Assembly (NCBI GenBank): GCA_045159875.1
Contig: CP067995.1
Span: 582,970 to 622,969 of the forward strand
Length of the DNA: 40,000 nt
From: a cyanobacterium endosymbiont of Rhopalodia gibba
Lineage (GTDB): Bacteria; Cyanobacteriota; Cyanobacteriia; Cyanobacteriales; Microcystaceae
Reading direction: 5' to 3'
Shown here: piece after piece, positions 10,361-19,127 of the stretch
Layout: every line of letters starts with the position of its first letter
Position numbering within the stretch: position 1 is the stretch's first letter
Position numbers and translations under genes: made by a program
The notes under the pieces: model-generated
Told to the model about the DNA's origin: nothing
Databases searched by the model: none
What the model saw: the letters and a program-made list of their open reading frames with translations, nothing else

Positions 10361-10958
10361 AATTACCGATCTTGGCTTTTAACGTTTGAATGCCTCTTTT
10401 TTGGTAGGCTGATAGGGTGATAACAGGAATACCGAGAGAGGCTTCTAATTGTTTTTCATTGACCCAAATTCCCAATTTTTCAGCTTCATCAAGCATATTG
10501 ACTGCCAATAAAACCGGAAGTTGAATTTCCATGAGTTGAAATGTCAAAGCTAACATTCGACTGAGATGTTTAGCATCAATAACATGAATAACTAAATCAA
10601 TCGATTCTGTTAATAAAAAATCCCGAGAACACTGTTCTTCTTCTGTCATGGGAATCAAAGAATACATCCCTGGAGTATCAATAATAGATACTGTTTGTCC
10701 AGAAATAATTGCCTGACCTTTGGAAATGTCAACAGTTGTCCCAGGATAATTAGAAACAGTTGTGTAACTACCTGTCAACAGGTTAAATAGAAGACTCTTT
10801 CCCACATTAGGAGAACCGACTAAAGCAATAGTAGCTCGAGTAGGAATTAAAGGGTTAGAGGATTTTTTGAACTGATTTCTTGTCCAAAAACGATCCCAGA
10901 TAGCTCTCAATTTACCCGGGGATGTTTGGGAAAAATCCCGACAGTGATTGCACGTCAT
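10326..10958 (-). CDS. feoB: FeoB N-terminal GTPase domain, a separate ORF
   Basis: 210 aa with G1 GSPNVGKS, G2 PGTT, G3 DTPG and G4 NMLD. It ends in a short out-of-frame-looking tail, TTPALSYSY. Confidence 0.75.
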   Translation of the reverse strand: MTCNHCRDFSQTSPGKLRAIWDRFWTRNQFKKSSNPLIPTRATIALVGSPNVGKSLLFNLLTGSYTTVSNYPGTTVDISKGQAIISGQTVSIIDTPGMYSLIPMTEEEQCSRDFLLTESIDLVIHVIDAKHLSRMLALTFQLMEIQLPVLLAVNMLDEAEKLGIWVNEKQLEASLGIPVITLSAYQKRGIQTLKAKIGNYVTTPALSYSY

Positions 10959-11258
10959 TTTCTATATCTAACTGGAGCTTATTCTCAGGATAGTTAATTT
11001 TTGTTTTGTAAACAGTCAATTGAGATACACAATACCAAACTAATTTTTTAACAGAGAAAATTATAGCTAAATAGAATATATTTTTGTAGATATTGGGATA
11101 ATAATTGGAGATAAAACTTATGTAAATTTAAAAAATGAATAAAAAAAAAGTGGACATTACCTAGTCAACTTACTGTATCCTACAGCGTCACTATATCGGC
11201 AAGACTAATTAATATACTTTAGTTAATTAATTTCATCGTTTTTTATCTATAGCTGGAA

Positions 11259-11483
11259 TTATTCTTCTACAATCTGACCAGGTTTAAAAAACCAAATAAT
11301 CCAAATACTTAGCATCAATTTAAGAATAGCTGAAGTCATCATAAACAATAAAAATATAGCTAAACTTCCTGCCATAATCGCTGCTAGTTTATGAATTTCG
11401 TCTTGACCTTTTAATCTAATCCAACTAGCAGTGATCCCGATAATTAACAATAAACAATAAACAGCAACCATAATTTCTCTCAA
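11259..11483 (-). CDS. Small two-helix membrane protein, unknown function
   Basis: 74-aa ORF with two hydrophobic stretches (VAVYCLLLIIGITASWI, AGSLAIFLLFMMTSAILKLMLSIWIIWFF). It lies on the same strand within the nif-linked operon. Confidence 0.45.
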   Translation of the reverse strand: MREIMVAVYCLLLIIGITASWIRLKGQDEIHKLAAIMAGSLAIFLLFMMTSAILKLMLSIWIIWFFKPGQIVEE

Positions 11484-11516
11484 TACTCCAATACTATTAG
11501 AGTGATTTAATCTAGT

Positions 11517-11867
11517 CTATATCTGAGGCTCAATATTAGTGGCAATCCAATACAATTCTAACCAGAGTCTAGGGTTCTTCTTTTTAAGATTAGACATAGG
11601 GTCTCTCACAATTCTTGTTGCATTTAGACAAACAACTTCAACTAATCCTAAATTCTCGGCAAGTTCTTTCAACTCTTTTTGATATAAAAGAATATTCTTT
11701 CCTGTTCTTGCAGAATAATAAATGGCAAGATAATGATAGAATTTCTCTTGTCTTTCCGCCCAACTATCAACAACGGTTAAATAACAACAACTCAATAGGT
11801 AGGAAATATGAGGATAATACTTATTGACAAGAGAAACATATTCTTCAAGTAATTTCTCACGAATCAT
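11517..11867 (-). CDS. Hypothetical protein linked to the nif cluster
   Basis: 116-aa ORF. Its ATG overlaps the stop of the upstream gene (agcaATGattcgTGA, 11857-11867), which suggests translational coupling. Confidence 0.55.
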   Translation of the reverse strand: MIREKLLEEYVSLVNKYYPHISYLLSCCYLTVVDSWAERQEKFYHYLAIYYSARTGKNILLYQKELKELAENLGLVEVVCLNATRIVRDPMSNLKKKNPRLWLELYWIATNIEPQI

Positions 11868-12234
11868 TGCTACAATCCCTCCACTTTAAACTATGAGATA
11901 GGTCAGAAAATAGAGAAGCTTTAATGCAATGGTTTTTGATTTTAGTGCATTTGTTAAAAAATACACCCTTATGACTGATACAATCCTTTAGGGGGTACTC
12001 AGAAAATTGGAAAGCTACCTCATTAATAGGACAGTCTTCGCTTATTTTTGGACAAAATTTAGGTTTAAGGCAAGATAGTTTAACAGTTTTGTGATTTTTT
12101 CGAGATAATTCTAATTCTTGTCCAAAAAGAAACTCACTATAGTCTGCTACATTATCCAGACCCAACAAATTGAGCAAAATCTCTCCCATCATCCAAAATG
12201 TTGTTTTGAAGACAAATGTTTTCCATTTGAGCAT
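11857..12234 (-). CDS. Cys-rich hypothetical protein linked to the nif cluster
   Basis: 125-aa ORF. Its N-terminal MGEILLNLLGLDNVADYSEF block is one I recall from conserved cyanobacterial small proteins, and it carries seven Cys residues. The true start may be at the internal MM (near 12192). Confidence 0.5.
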   Translation of the reverse strand: MLKWKTFVFKTTFWMMGEILLNLLGLDNVADYSEFLFGQELELSRKNHKTVKLSCLKPKFCPKISEDCPINEVAFQFSEYPLKDCISHKGVFFNKCTKIKNHCIKASLFSDLSHSLKWRDCSNDS

Positions 12235-12381
12235 AGCCGAACCTCAGCAAAAATTCGTGCATCGTGTCCATAATACATGACTCCTAAAATAGGATAGAAG
12301 GGGGAAAAAGTCGCAGAATTCTAAGAATAAACTACGACTCCAACAGCAGATGATAAGAATAAAACTAGAAAAGACGATAAC

Positions 12382-12723
12382 TTACCCTAAGTAAGGTTCC
12401 TGATGAGTTTTAATCGTACAATCAGAGCGAGGATAAGCTACACAAAGAAGCACCCATCCTTTCTCAATTTGTTCATCATCCAAAAAGCTTTGATCTTCTT
12501 GATCAACTTCTCCCTCTACCATTCTGCCAACACAGCTAGAACAACCTCCTGAGCGGCAAGAAGAAGGTAACTCGATATCGTTTTCTTCAGCAAAATCCAG
12601 AATATACTGATCCTCTGGGACTTCTAAAGTTATGTCCATTTCCGCAACTTCTTCTTTCTTACCCGTCTCTTTATTTTTTCTTTTGGCAACTTTCATGAGA
12701 CGAACTTTATATGTAGTAGTCAT
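12382..12723 (-). CDS. fdxH: Plant-type [2Fe-2S] ferredoxin of the nitrogenase-donor (FdxH) type, with a Lys-rich N-terminal insertion
   Basis: It has the CRSGGCSSC...LLC ligand pattern and the FdxH-like tail [17 protein letters not shown]. At 113 aa it is about 14 residues longer than the FdxH I recall. Confidence 0.85.
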   Translation of the reverse strand: MTTTYKVRLMKVAKRKNKETGKKEEVAEMDITLEVPEDQYILDFAEENDIELPSSCRSGGCSSCVGRMVEGEVDQEDQSFLDDEQIEKGWVLLCVAYPRSDCTIKTHQEPYLG

Positions 12724-12765
12724 GTGTGTTCTCCTCCATTTAAGAACAGTAATTGGAAACTTGAA

Positions 12766-13125
12766 TTAGCTACAAGAGGTGGCTTTACTACCACAATCTC
12801 TTGATGAGAAAGACTTGCCACACCCACAGGTATCTCCAGCATTAGGATTAGTAAAGATAAATCCGCTTTGGGTTAAACTGTCCACAAAATCAATTACCAC
12901 CCCCTTGAGAAGAGGGAAACTTTGGGAATTAACATAAATAGGAACATTTTCTTGCTCAAAAAAGATATCCTGAGCGTCTGGCTGTTTGACTAGATTGAGG
13001 GTGTATTCATGGCCACCACAGCCTCCATCTTTTATCCCAACACGAATCCCGGTTACTTTAGCTCCTTTCTCTTCTAAGAAGGTACGAAGTCTAAAAGCCG
13101 CTTTTTCAGTTAAACTAACTGTCAT
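12766..13125 (-). CDS. hesB: HesB/IscA-family Fe-S cluster carrier
   Basis: 119 aa with the A-type carrier pattern GGCGG...NPNAGDTCGCGKSF. Confidence 0.85.
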   Translation of the reverse strand: MTVSLTEKAAFRLRTFLEEKGAKVTGIRVGIKDGGCGGHEYTLNLVKQPDAQDIFFEQENVPIYVNSQSFPLLKGVVIDFVDSLTQSGFIFTNPNAGDTCGCGKSFSSRDCGSKATSCS

Positions 13126-13247
13126 AATTTATCTCCACGTTTGATAGTTGCCGACTGTAAAGCTATATTCTCTGCTTACTGTTCATTACTCACTACCTAG
13201 AGTGCTCACTCTCGGTGTGTTTTGGTTGATTATCCCAGTCAAGTTTT

Positions 13248-13991
13248 CTAGGTTAAATCACCACAAACCGGACAGTCAGGATCATGATAAGGACGACGTT
13301 TAGCAAAGGTGGTACTCGCAAAATCCATGGTCAATAATTGTCCTGTCAATGGCTGTCCTAGCCCCGTAATTAGTTTCACAGCCTCTAAGGCGGCTAAACA
13401 AGCTAGGGTTCCTGAAACAGCCCCTAACACCCCAAATCCCCAACGGTCCCAAGTTGGTTTCTCAGGAAAAATACAGGACAAACAGGGGGTTTCCCCAGGA
13501 ATAACCGTGGTTAAGTAGGCTTCCATCTCACTCATAGCCGCTTCCACCATTGGAATTTTCTGTCGCACACAGGCGGCATTTAGGGCTTCACGTTCGTTAA
13601 AGTCAAAGGCACAGTCGAGGGCAATGTCGGCTTGTTGTATCAGATTATGGACATTCTCTGGGGTTACAAATTCGGGTATAGCCTCAATTTCTACATCAGG
13701 ATTGATTTCTAAAAGAGTTGTTTTGGCCTTGAATACCCTCGGTTTTCCTACCCAATCATCGGTCATCAAAATCTGACGGTTTAGGTCTTCTCGGCGAAGA
13801 TTGCCCCCTCGAACTAGAACTAACTTGCCTATTCCCGCGACAGCTAAGTAAAGGGCAACAGTTCCACCGAGCCCCCCTACTCCTGTAACAACAGCAGTAG
13901 TGGATTTTAGTTTCTTCTGCCCTTTCTCACCAAAGCCGTCTAATTGCATTTGACGAGAATAACGTTCTAATTCAATGGGGGTCAGTTCCAT
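13248..13991 (-). CDS. hesA: HesA (MoeB/ThiF-family adenylyltransferase)
   Basis: 247 aa with ERYSRQ, the nucleotide loop GVGGLGG and two CxxC pairs (CLSC, CPVC). Confidence 0.85.
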   Translation of the reverse strand: MELTPIELERYSRQMQLDGFGEKGQKKLKSTTAVVTGVGGLGGTVALYLAVAGIGKLVLVRGGNLRREDLNRQILMTDDWVGKPRVFKAKTTLLEINPDVEIEAIPEFVTPENVHNLIQQADIALDCAFDFNEREALNAACVRQKIPMVEAAMSEMEAYLTTVIPGETPCLSCIFPEKPTWDRWGFGVLGAVSGTLACLAALEAVKLITGLGQPLTGQLLTMDFASTTFAKRRPYHDPDCPVCGDLT

Positions 13992-13999
13992 AATGTTTC

Positions 14000-14335
14000 T
14001 TAATCCTCAATGTCCTTAGCTAAATCGTCAAGTAAGACTACGTTTTTAGGAGCGTCTTTGAAGACCTTAAATAGCTTAGTTTCTAGAGGACTAGAAGTTT
14101 TGAACAACTCATAAGCTTCTTGAAAAGCTTCACCATACTTAGCTAACTTTTCCGATTCGCTGATATTAGTAAACGCCTTATCAACGGCGGCAATAAGGAT
14201 GGAAAATTGCTTCAAAATATGAAGACGATTAACATTAACAAAACCGGGTTCATATTTAATTTCAAAAAATTGCAAAAAGTCTTCTGCATTAGTTAATTTA
14301 GAAAACTGTTCGTAAGTCTTTTCTGTACCAGCCAT
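14000..14335 (-). CDS. nifW: Nitrogenase-stabilising/protective protein NifW
   Basis: 111 aa with the NifW-like AEDFLQFFEIKYEPGFVNVNRLHILKQF. It sits between DUF683 and hesA, as in other cyanobacterial clusters. Confidence 0.8.
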   Translation of the reverse strand: MAGTEKTYEQFSKLTNAEDFLQFFEIKYEPGFVNVNRLHILKQFSILIAAVDKAFTNISESEKLAKYGEAFQEAYELFKTSSPLETKLFKVFKDAPKNVVLLDDLAKDIED

Positions 14336-14336
14336 T

Positions 14337-14573
14337 TCAGAGTTCCTCCCAGATTTTGAGTTGTTTTTTTAGTCGATCTAGTTCAAAATAAATATCGTAA
14401 GTTTTCTGAGCCATCTCTAGCAAGGTTTTGTAATTTATCGGTAAGCCTTCTGCTAGATCGTGCAAATCCATTTTTTGTTGACCCGCTCTGGAATTGAGTC
14501 GTTTAATGGATTTCTTGAGAGCTTCTATATCTTCTGGTGTCGGTTTAGTGGTTGTTGCTTCTCCCATTTTCAC
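14337..14573 (-). CDS. DUF683 (CCE_0567-type) small nif-cluster protein
   Basis: 78 aa and helical (DLHDLAEGLP motif). Its stop is 1 nt from the nifW start. Position and size match the family as I recall it from Cyanothece. Confidence 0.7.
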   Translation of the reverse strand: MKMGEATTTKPTPEDIEALKKSIKRLNSRAGQQKMDLHDLAEGLPINYKTLLEMAQKTYDIYFELDRLKKQLKIWEEL

Positions 14574-14712
14574 TTAACTCTTCTTTAACAAACCGTTAGC
14601 AATGAACAATTTCCACTTAATTATTGTTCAGAAAAATTAAAACAGCTATTTCTGATAAATATTCGTCAAAAACTCTTGGTTTAAGAGAATAAATCTTAAT
14701 AGATTTTAGCCA

Positions 14713-15186
14713 TTAAAACCTTGCTACTTCAGGAAAACGCTGCACAACTTCGATCCCTGATTGAGTAATTTGTTCTCCTTGAGCTGCTAACCTTTCTAAG
14801 GAGTCAAAACCAAAACGATGAGCATCTCTTAAAGTCCGGCAAACCGTCATTAAACGACCGCTCCAGACTAAAGCCCAACCAAATCCCTCATTATTCAGCT
14901 CTACTAATACCTGACATAACTGAGCCGTTTCTTTCTCAATTAAACTAGCAATAGCACGATAGAAACAAAGAATTCTTAATTTAGTAGCTGGGTCAATATC
15001 TCCTTCTAGAGAAATCTCCCGTTTTTGTTTTTTACTAATTACATAAGGTCCGAGGACTAATTCATTAGTCCAACTTTTATAAACCCCATAGTGATCGTAG
15101 GCCCGAATTTGTCGAGCAACCTCTTGTAAGAAGGGACTATCTGAAACTAAAAGTGTTGACTGTTCTGAATTAGTTTTAGTCGTCAT
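14713..15186 (-). CDS. NifX-associated protein (DUF269)
   Basis: 157 aa, directly downstream of nifX, with GFGWALVWSGRLM and RDAHRFGF blocks typical of DUF269 as I recall it. Confidence 0.75.
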   Translation of the reverse strand: MTTKTNSEQSTLLVSDSPFLQEVARQIRAYDHYGVYKSWTNELVLGPYVISKKQKREISLEGDIDPATKLRILCFYRAIASLIEKETAQLCQVLVELNNEGFGWALVWSGRLMTVCRTLRDAHRFGFDSLERLAAQGEQITQSGIEVVQRFPEVARF

Positions 15187-15261
15187 AGCAACTCCCTGAC
15201 GTTAATTGATGATCAACAATTGATAGTTAATAATGAACTTAAAACTATCCACTATATACTA

Positions 15262-15687
15262 TCAACTATTAACTACAATTTCCTCGTCGTCCTCATCTTC
15301 GAAGTTCAAAGGTTTAGACTCTTGTTGAAGAACTTTGCGTAACCAGGGGGGGGGATTTCCCTTTAGGGTTTTCACCAATTCTGTTAGCAATTCCTCAATA
15401 GTTTCTGACTCACTCCTGGCTTTAACTGGGGTAACATTGCTGCGAATCAATCGAGCCGCTGCACTACCACCAATAGCAGCAACATAGATAATGGTACATC
15501 CTTTGAGGGCTTCAAGTTTTGGGTTTATTTTGTCTTCGTTCCCATCTTCTTTTAAGTCTCCTGAAAATTCTAAAGTTTGGTTAAAACTGAATCCTTCAGG
15601 TGTAACATCGTAAACGTCAATTTCCTTTGCCCAACCAAAATGGGCATTAATATGAACCCTATCACTAGTGGTAAATGCAACTTTCAT
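15262..15687 (-). CDS. nifX: FeMo-cofactor carrier NifX
   Basis: The track ORF begins at 15741. The internal ATG at 15687 (MKVAFTTSD...) is preceded by a strong GAGGAGG Shine-Dalgarno sequence. It has the NifX/NifB-C fold pattern HFGWAKEIDVYDV. Confidence 0.8.
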   Translation of the reverse strand: MKVAFTTSDRVHINAHFGWAKEIDVYDVTPEGFSFNQTLEFSGDLKEDGNEDKINPKLEALKGCTIIYVAAIGGSAAARLIRSNVTPVKARSESETIEELLTELVKTLKGNPPPWLRKVLQQESKPLNFEDEDDEEIVVNS

Positions 15688-15753
15688 GGTAGTCCTCCTC
15701 TTAGAACTAAAAGAAATTAGTGGAAACTTTTCAAAAGCCATTAAGCAAAGAGA

Positions 15754-17136
15754 TCAATTATGACTTAAGACTGATGGATAATGAGGGGTGTTAGCTTCTT
15801 TATTTAACAAAATGTTGCCAACATCGAATAGAAATCGCATTGTTCCACGATATCCAACTAAACACCGTTGACCATTACCCAATTGATCAAAGACTGGATA
15901 GCCCATACGATATAAGGGAGCATTTAAGCGTTCTGCTAAAGCAGTCCCGTGGGAATTGGTAATGATTAAATCTGACCCAGCTGCCAAATCCTCTAAGTCT
16001 TCCAAGTCGCCAATGGTAACGGTACCGATAGGTAAATCTTCCAAAATTGGGGACTTAGTGGTAGTAACTGCCGCGTAAACCTTAGCACCCATATCATTAA
16101 GTAACCAAGCGGTTTGATAGAGTAAGTCTGGTTCAAGAGCTAAAGCTATCTTTTTACCTCCAAAATAAAAATGGGTATCGAGGATAGTATCTTGAAGTTG
16201 ACAGCGTTGGCGTTGAAATAACGTAGGGATATTAGGAATAATAGGGAAATGGTGGTCGCAGCGAGAAGTAACAATTTGGGACAAACGCCACAAAAAGCCA
16301 TCAACTGCTTCTAGACCAGCTAAACGAGGAAACACCTCATATTTTGTCCCGAAACGTTCCTCTAATATTTTAGCTGCTCCGCGCATACTTTCCCCAACTG
16401 CTAGGGTAAAACTTGAACGGGGCAATGACCTTAATTGAGCAACCGTTGTTCCCCCTCCAGTAATAGTTTGGTATCCATCTTCAAGATGTCCATCAAGAGA
16501 TCTCGATAAATCGGGAATAGCTAAAGGGGTTAAGCCAAATGCTTCAACAATTTCCTTGATTTCTTCCATATCTCCTGGAGAGACAAAAGAACCGGGCAAA
16601 ATATTGACTTGAGGTTGAGGATAAACTACCGAACTGAGAGAGGATTCCCCAGGAAAGGAATTATAGTCCAAGGCGACAATTTGCTCTACCGCAGAGGCAA
16701 AACCATCTTGTAAAGAGCCGCTATAATCCGGGGTAGAAACATAAACAATGGGCAAACTGTCCAGTTCCGGGTGACGTTCCCGAATAGTTTTGAGAATACG
16801 CTTCATATCATCCCCGCGCGTCTCTGTTAGCCCCGTGGTGAGCAACCCAATAATATCAGGGCTATTGTTCTCAACAATGGTCAAAATAGCCTGTTCAACG
16901 TTTTCCTCGCCCCCTAAGATAGTCGTTACCTCGGTCATAGCGGTGGTTGATAGGGGAATAGCTTCACGAAAATGACGTACCAGGACAACTTTGGCAAACG
17001 CGGTACAGCCTTGAGCCCCGTGAAATAAAGGCATCATTCCCTTTAATCCCAAAAATGCCAAGGAAGCGCCCAATGGTTGACTCATTTTAAGGGGGTTGAC
17101 AGACAGAGATTTGTTTGCACTAACAACAGTTGTCAT
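15754..17136 (-). CDS. nifN: Nitrogenase MoFe cofactor biosynthesis protein NifN
   Basis: 460 aa with NPLKMSQPLGASLAFLG and HGAQGCTAF. It directly follows nifE. Confidence 0.9.
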   Translation of the reverse strand: MTTVVSANKSLSVNPLKMSQPLGASLAFLGLKGMMPLFHGAQGCTAFAKVVLVRHFREAIPLSTTAMTEVTTILGGEENVEQAILTIVENNSPDIIGLLTTGLTETRGDDMKRILKTIRERHPELDSLPIVYVSTPDYSGSLQDGFASAVEQIVALDYNSFPGESSLSSVVYPQPQVNILPGSFVSPGDMEEIKEIVEAFGLTPLAIPDLSRSLDGHLEDGYQTITGGGTTVAQLRSLPRSSFTLAVGESMRGAAKILEERFGTKYEVFPRLAGLEAVDGFLWRLSQIVTSRCDHHFPIIPNIPTLFQRQRCQLQDTILDTHFYFGGKKIALALEPDLLYQTAWLLNDMGAKVYAAVTTTKSPILEDLPIGTVTIGDLEDLEDLAAGSDLIITNSHGTALAERLNAPLYRMGYPVFDQLGNGQRCLVGYRGTMRFLFDVGNILLNKEANTPHYPSVLSHN

Positions 17137-17205
17137 TTTAGTTAAAAGTTAAGCATGTGATAGTTAAATGTTGGTTGATGGTTGGTAGTTACTAACTGGA
17201 GAACT

Positions 17206-18639
17206 TTACCATTTACTACTTCCTATTCCGCTCGCTTCTAGATTTAGTAAGTCTTCGTGTTCCTGCTGCCAAATTTCCCAGGGAGCCGGTTTACGAACCT
17301 GTTGCCAAATAGGACTGTGCACTGCTTCGTCTAATTCCCTAGCCATTTCAATCATTCCTACATAGCCGGCATAGGGATGATGACGTTCTTGGTTAATATC
17401 TAAGAAGGGAATCCTCGCTTTGAGTGCAGTATATTGATTGCGCCCCCCTGCTACCAATAAATCTGCTTTCGTCTGTTCTATAACCTGTAATAGCTCCGTT
17501 GCATTACCCTTTTCAAGCATAATACCGTCTTTGCCTAAAAGTTTCTTAATCTTTGCCTTATCTTCCTCTGTACTCTTCTTAGTGCTGGTCGCCACTACTT
17601 CTATTCCTAAATCTTGTGCTGCAGAGACAATGGACCAACTTTTGACTCCTCCAGTGTAGAGAACCATTCGCTTACCCTTAAGGCGATTACGATAAGGGAC
17701 TAATGCTTTATCTAACTGCTCAGTTTCAGTTTTAATCAATTCTTCAACCCGTTGTTGCAAAGCAAGGTCACCCAATTTTGCGGCAATATTACGTAAACAA
17801 CGATTCATGTCTGCAATGCCGTAAAATGACTCTTCAATGTAAGGAATGCCGTAACGTTCCTCCATTGCTGTTGCCATGTTAATTAAAGCTTTGGAGCAAA
17901 TCATTACATTGAGTTTAGCGCGATGGGAATAACACACTTCTTCATAACGCGCATCCCCTGTGATCTTTGCCATCACTCGAATACCGACTTTCTCAAACAG
18001 AGGCAAAACACCCCACATTTCTCCGGCGACGTTATATTCTCCAATTAAATTGATATCATAATCAGTAGTATATTCCGGCTCACGTGTTCCGACAACGTAT
18101 TGCAACAATGCCTCTCCACCGAGGCGATTCCCTAGGTTTTTACTACCCACAAAACCAGGAGAATGAACAGGAATAACAGGAGTTTTATACTTAGCGGTAG
18201 CGGCTTTGCAAACTGCATCCAAATCATCCCCAATTAAAGCAGTAACACATGTAGAATAGACAAAAACAGCTGCTGGATTATAGCGTTTTACCAATCTAGT
18301 GATCGCCTTATAAAGCTTTTTTTCACCCCCAAAAATAACATCATTTTCTGATATGTCGGTGGTAAATCCCATTTTATAGGTTATAGGTCCACTGCTGAGA
18401 CTGCCACGACTATTCCAACTATTACCCGAACAAGCAATAGAACCGTGAACCAAATGAGCCGCATCTGTGATAGGAACTAGAGCGATAGACGCTCCGTCGA
18501 AGGCACAACCTCCCTGAGCCGCCCCAGGTTTAGCTTGTTGTTTACAGGACTTATTTTTTTCTTGACCTTCCTTGTTATGGTTATGTTCACAACCAGGTTG
18601 GGTGAGTAGTTCCGAGATTTTGCCTTTCGTGAGTTTCAT
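17206..18639 (-). CDS. nifE: Nitrogenase MoFe cofactor biosynthesis protein NifE
   Basis: 477 aa with GCAFDGA, HGSIACSGNSW and STCVTALIGDD. Confidence 0.9.
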   Translation of the reverse strand: MKLTKGKISELLTQPGCEHNHNKEGQEKNKSCKQQAKPGAAQGGCAFDGASIALVPITDAAHLVHGSIACSGNSWNSRGSLSSGPITYKMGFTTDISENDVIFGGEKKLYKAITRLVKRYNPAAVFVYSTCVTALIGDDLDAVCKAATAKYKTPVIPVHSPGFVGSKNLGNRLGGEALLQYVVGTREPEYTTDYDINLIGEYNVAGEMWGVLPLFEKVGIRVMAKITGDARYEEVCYSHRAKLNVMICSKALINMATAMEERYGIPYIEESFYGIADMNRCLRNIAAKLGDLALQQRVEELIKTETEQLDKALVPYRNRLKGKRMVLYTGGVKSWSIVSAAQDLGIEVVATSTKKSTEEDKAKIKKLLGKDGIMLEKGNATELLQVIEQTKADLLVAGGRNQYTALKARIPFLDINQERHHPYAGYVGMIEMARELDEAVHSPIWQQVRKPAPWEIWQQEHEDLLNLEASGIGSSKW

Positions 18640-18754
18640 GTTAATTGCCGGCTATTCTTGTTACCAATGACTAATCTTAGTATAAGAGTGGGTGAGGATG
18701 AAATCGAGCTGCTGCTTTTTGCCTTCTCACTAAAAAACACATTCATTTGCATCT

Positions 18755-18973
18755 TCACCACAGACATCGGAAAGATAGGTGAGAGCTCTGATGTGTAACG
18801 TCATAAATTCTATTTAGGTTTGAGTTTGTACAACAAAGGGATACGAAGCTGAATATGTCCAGATATAAAAATACCCCGTTTAAAGGAACAGGCATAGGAA
18901 ACCAACCCATAGTATGAGTAATTTCAGCCTGTCTGACTTTTACTAACTTCATCCAACGCCTCAGAGTACACAA
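18755..18973 (-). pseudogene. Probable relic of a small Cys-motif protein of the Mo-nitrogenase C-terminal domain (Mo-nitro_C) family
   Basis: 72-codon ORF with only a TTG start. LRRWMKLVKVRQAEITH...PMPVPLNG...VSLCCTNSNLNRIY aligns, from memory, with LRQWL..IE......AH...P.QCPFER...IPP.CKLNPLY, but the CPFER cysteine positions are substituted. Confidence 0.4.
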
Positions 18974-19045
18974 AAAACCGAACCTAAGGTTTGTTAAAAG
19001 TAAAAAATGGGTTTGAGTTACCGTAATTTACCCCCATATCTATCT

Positions 19046-19085
19046 GAAAAAGGGAGGGGAGGGGAGAGGGGGAGTGATTACTCCC
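19046..19085. other. 29-nt all-purine tract with four G-runs (G-quadruplex-type motif on the plus strand) overlapping a 6-bp hairpin, 43 nt downstream of the nifK stop
   Basis: Read directly: gaaaaaGGGaGGGGaGGGGagaGGGGGag, then gggagt-gatt-actccc. On the nif mRNA strand this reads as a hairpin, then a C/U-rich run ending UUUUU. Confidence 0.6.
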
Positions 19086-19127
19086 TGAATCTTCCTAATT
19101 CTCCCTTGTTTTCAGATTTCTCTGTGA

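Noticed and set aside
11615-11827. 70-aa plus-strand ORF
   Set aside because: It is antisense within the 11517-11867 gene and has an Asn-rich low-complexity product.
13309-17659. Plus-strand ORFs 13309-13518, 16790-16975 and 17438-17659
   Set aside because: They are antisense shadows inside hesA, nifN and nifE respectively.
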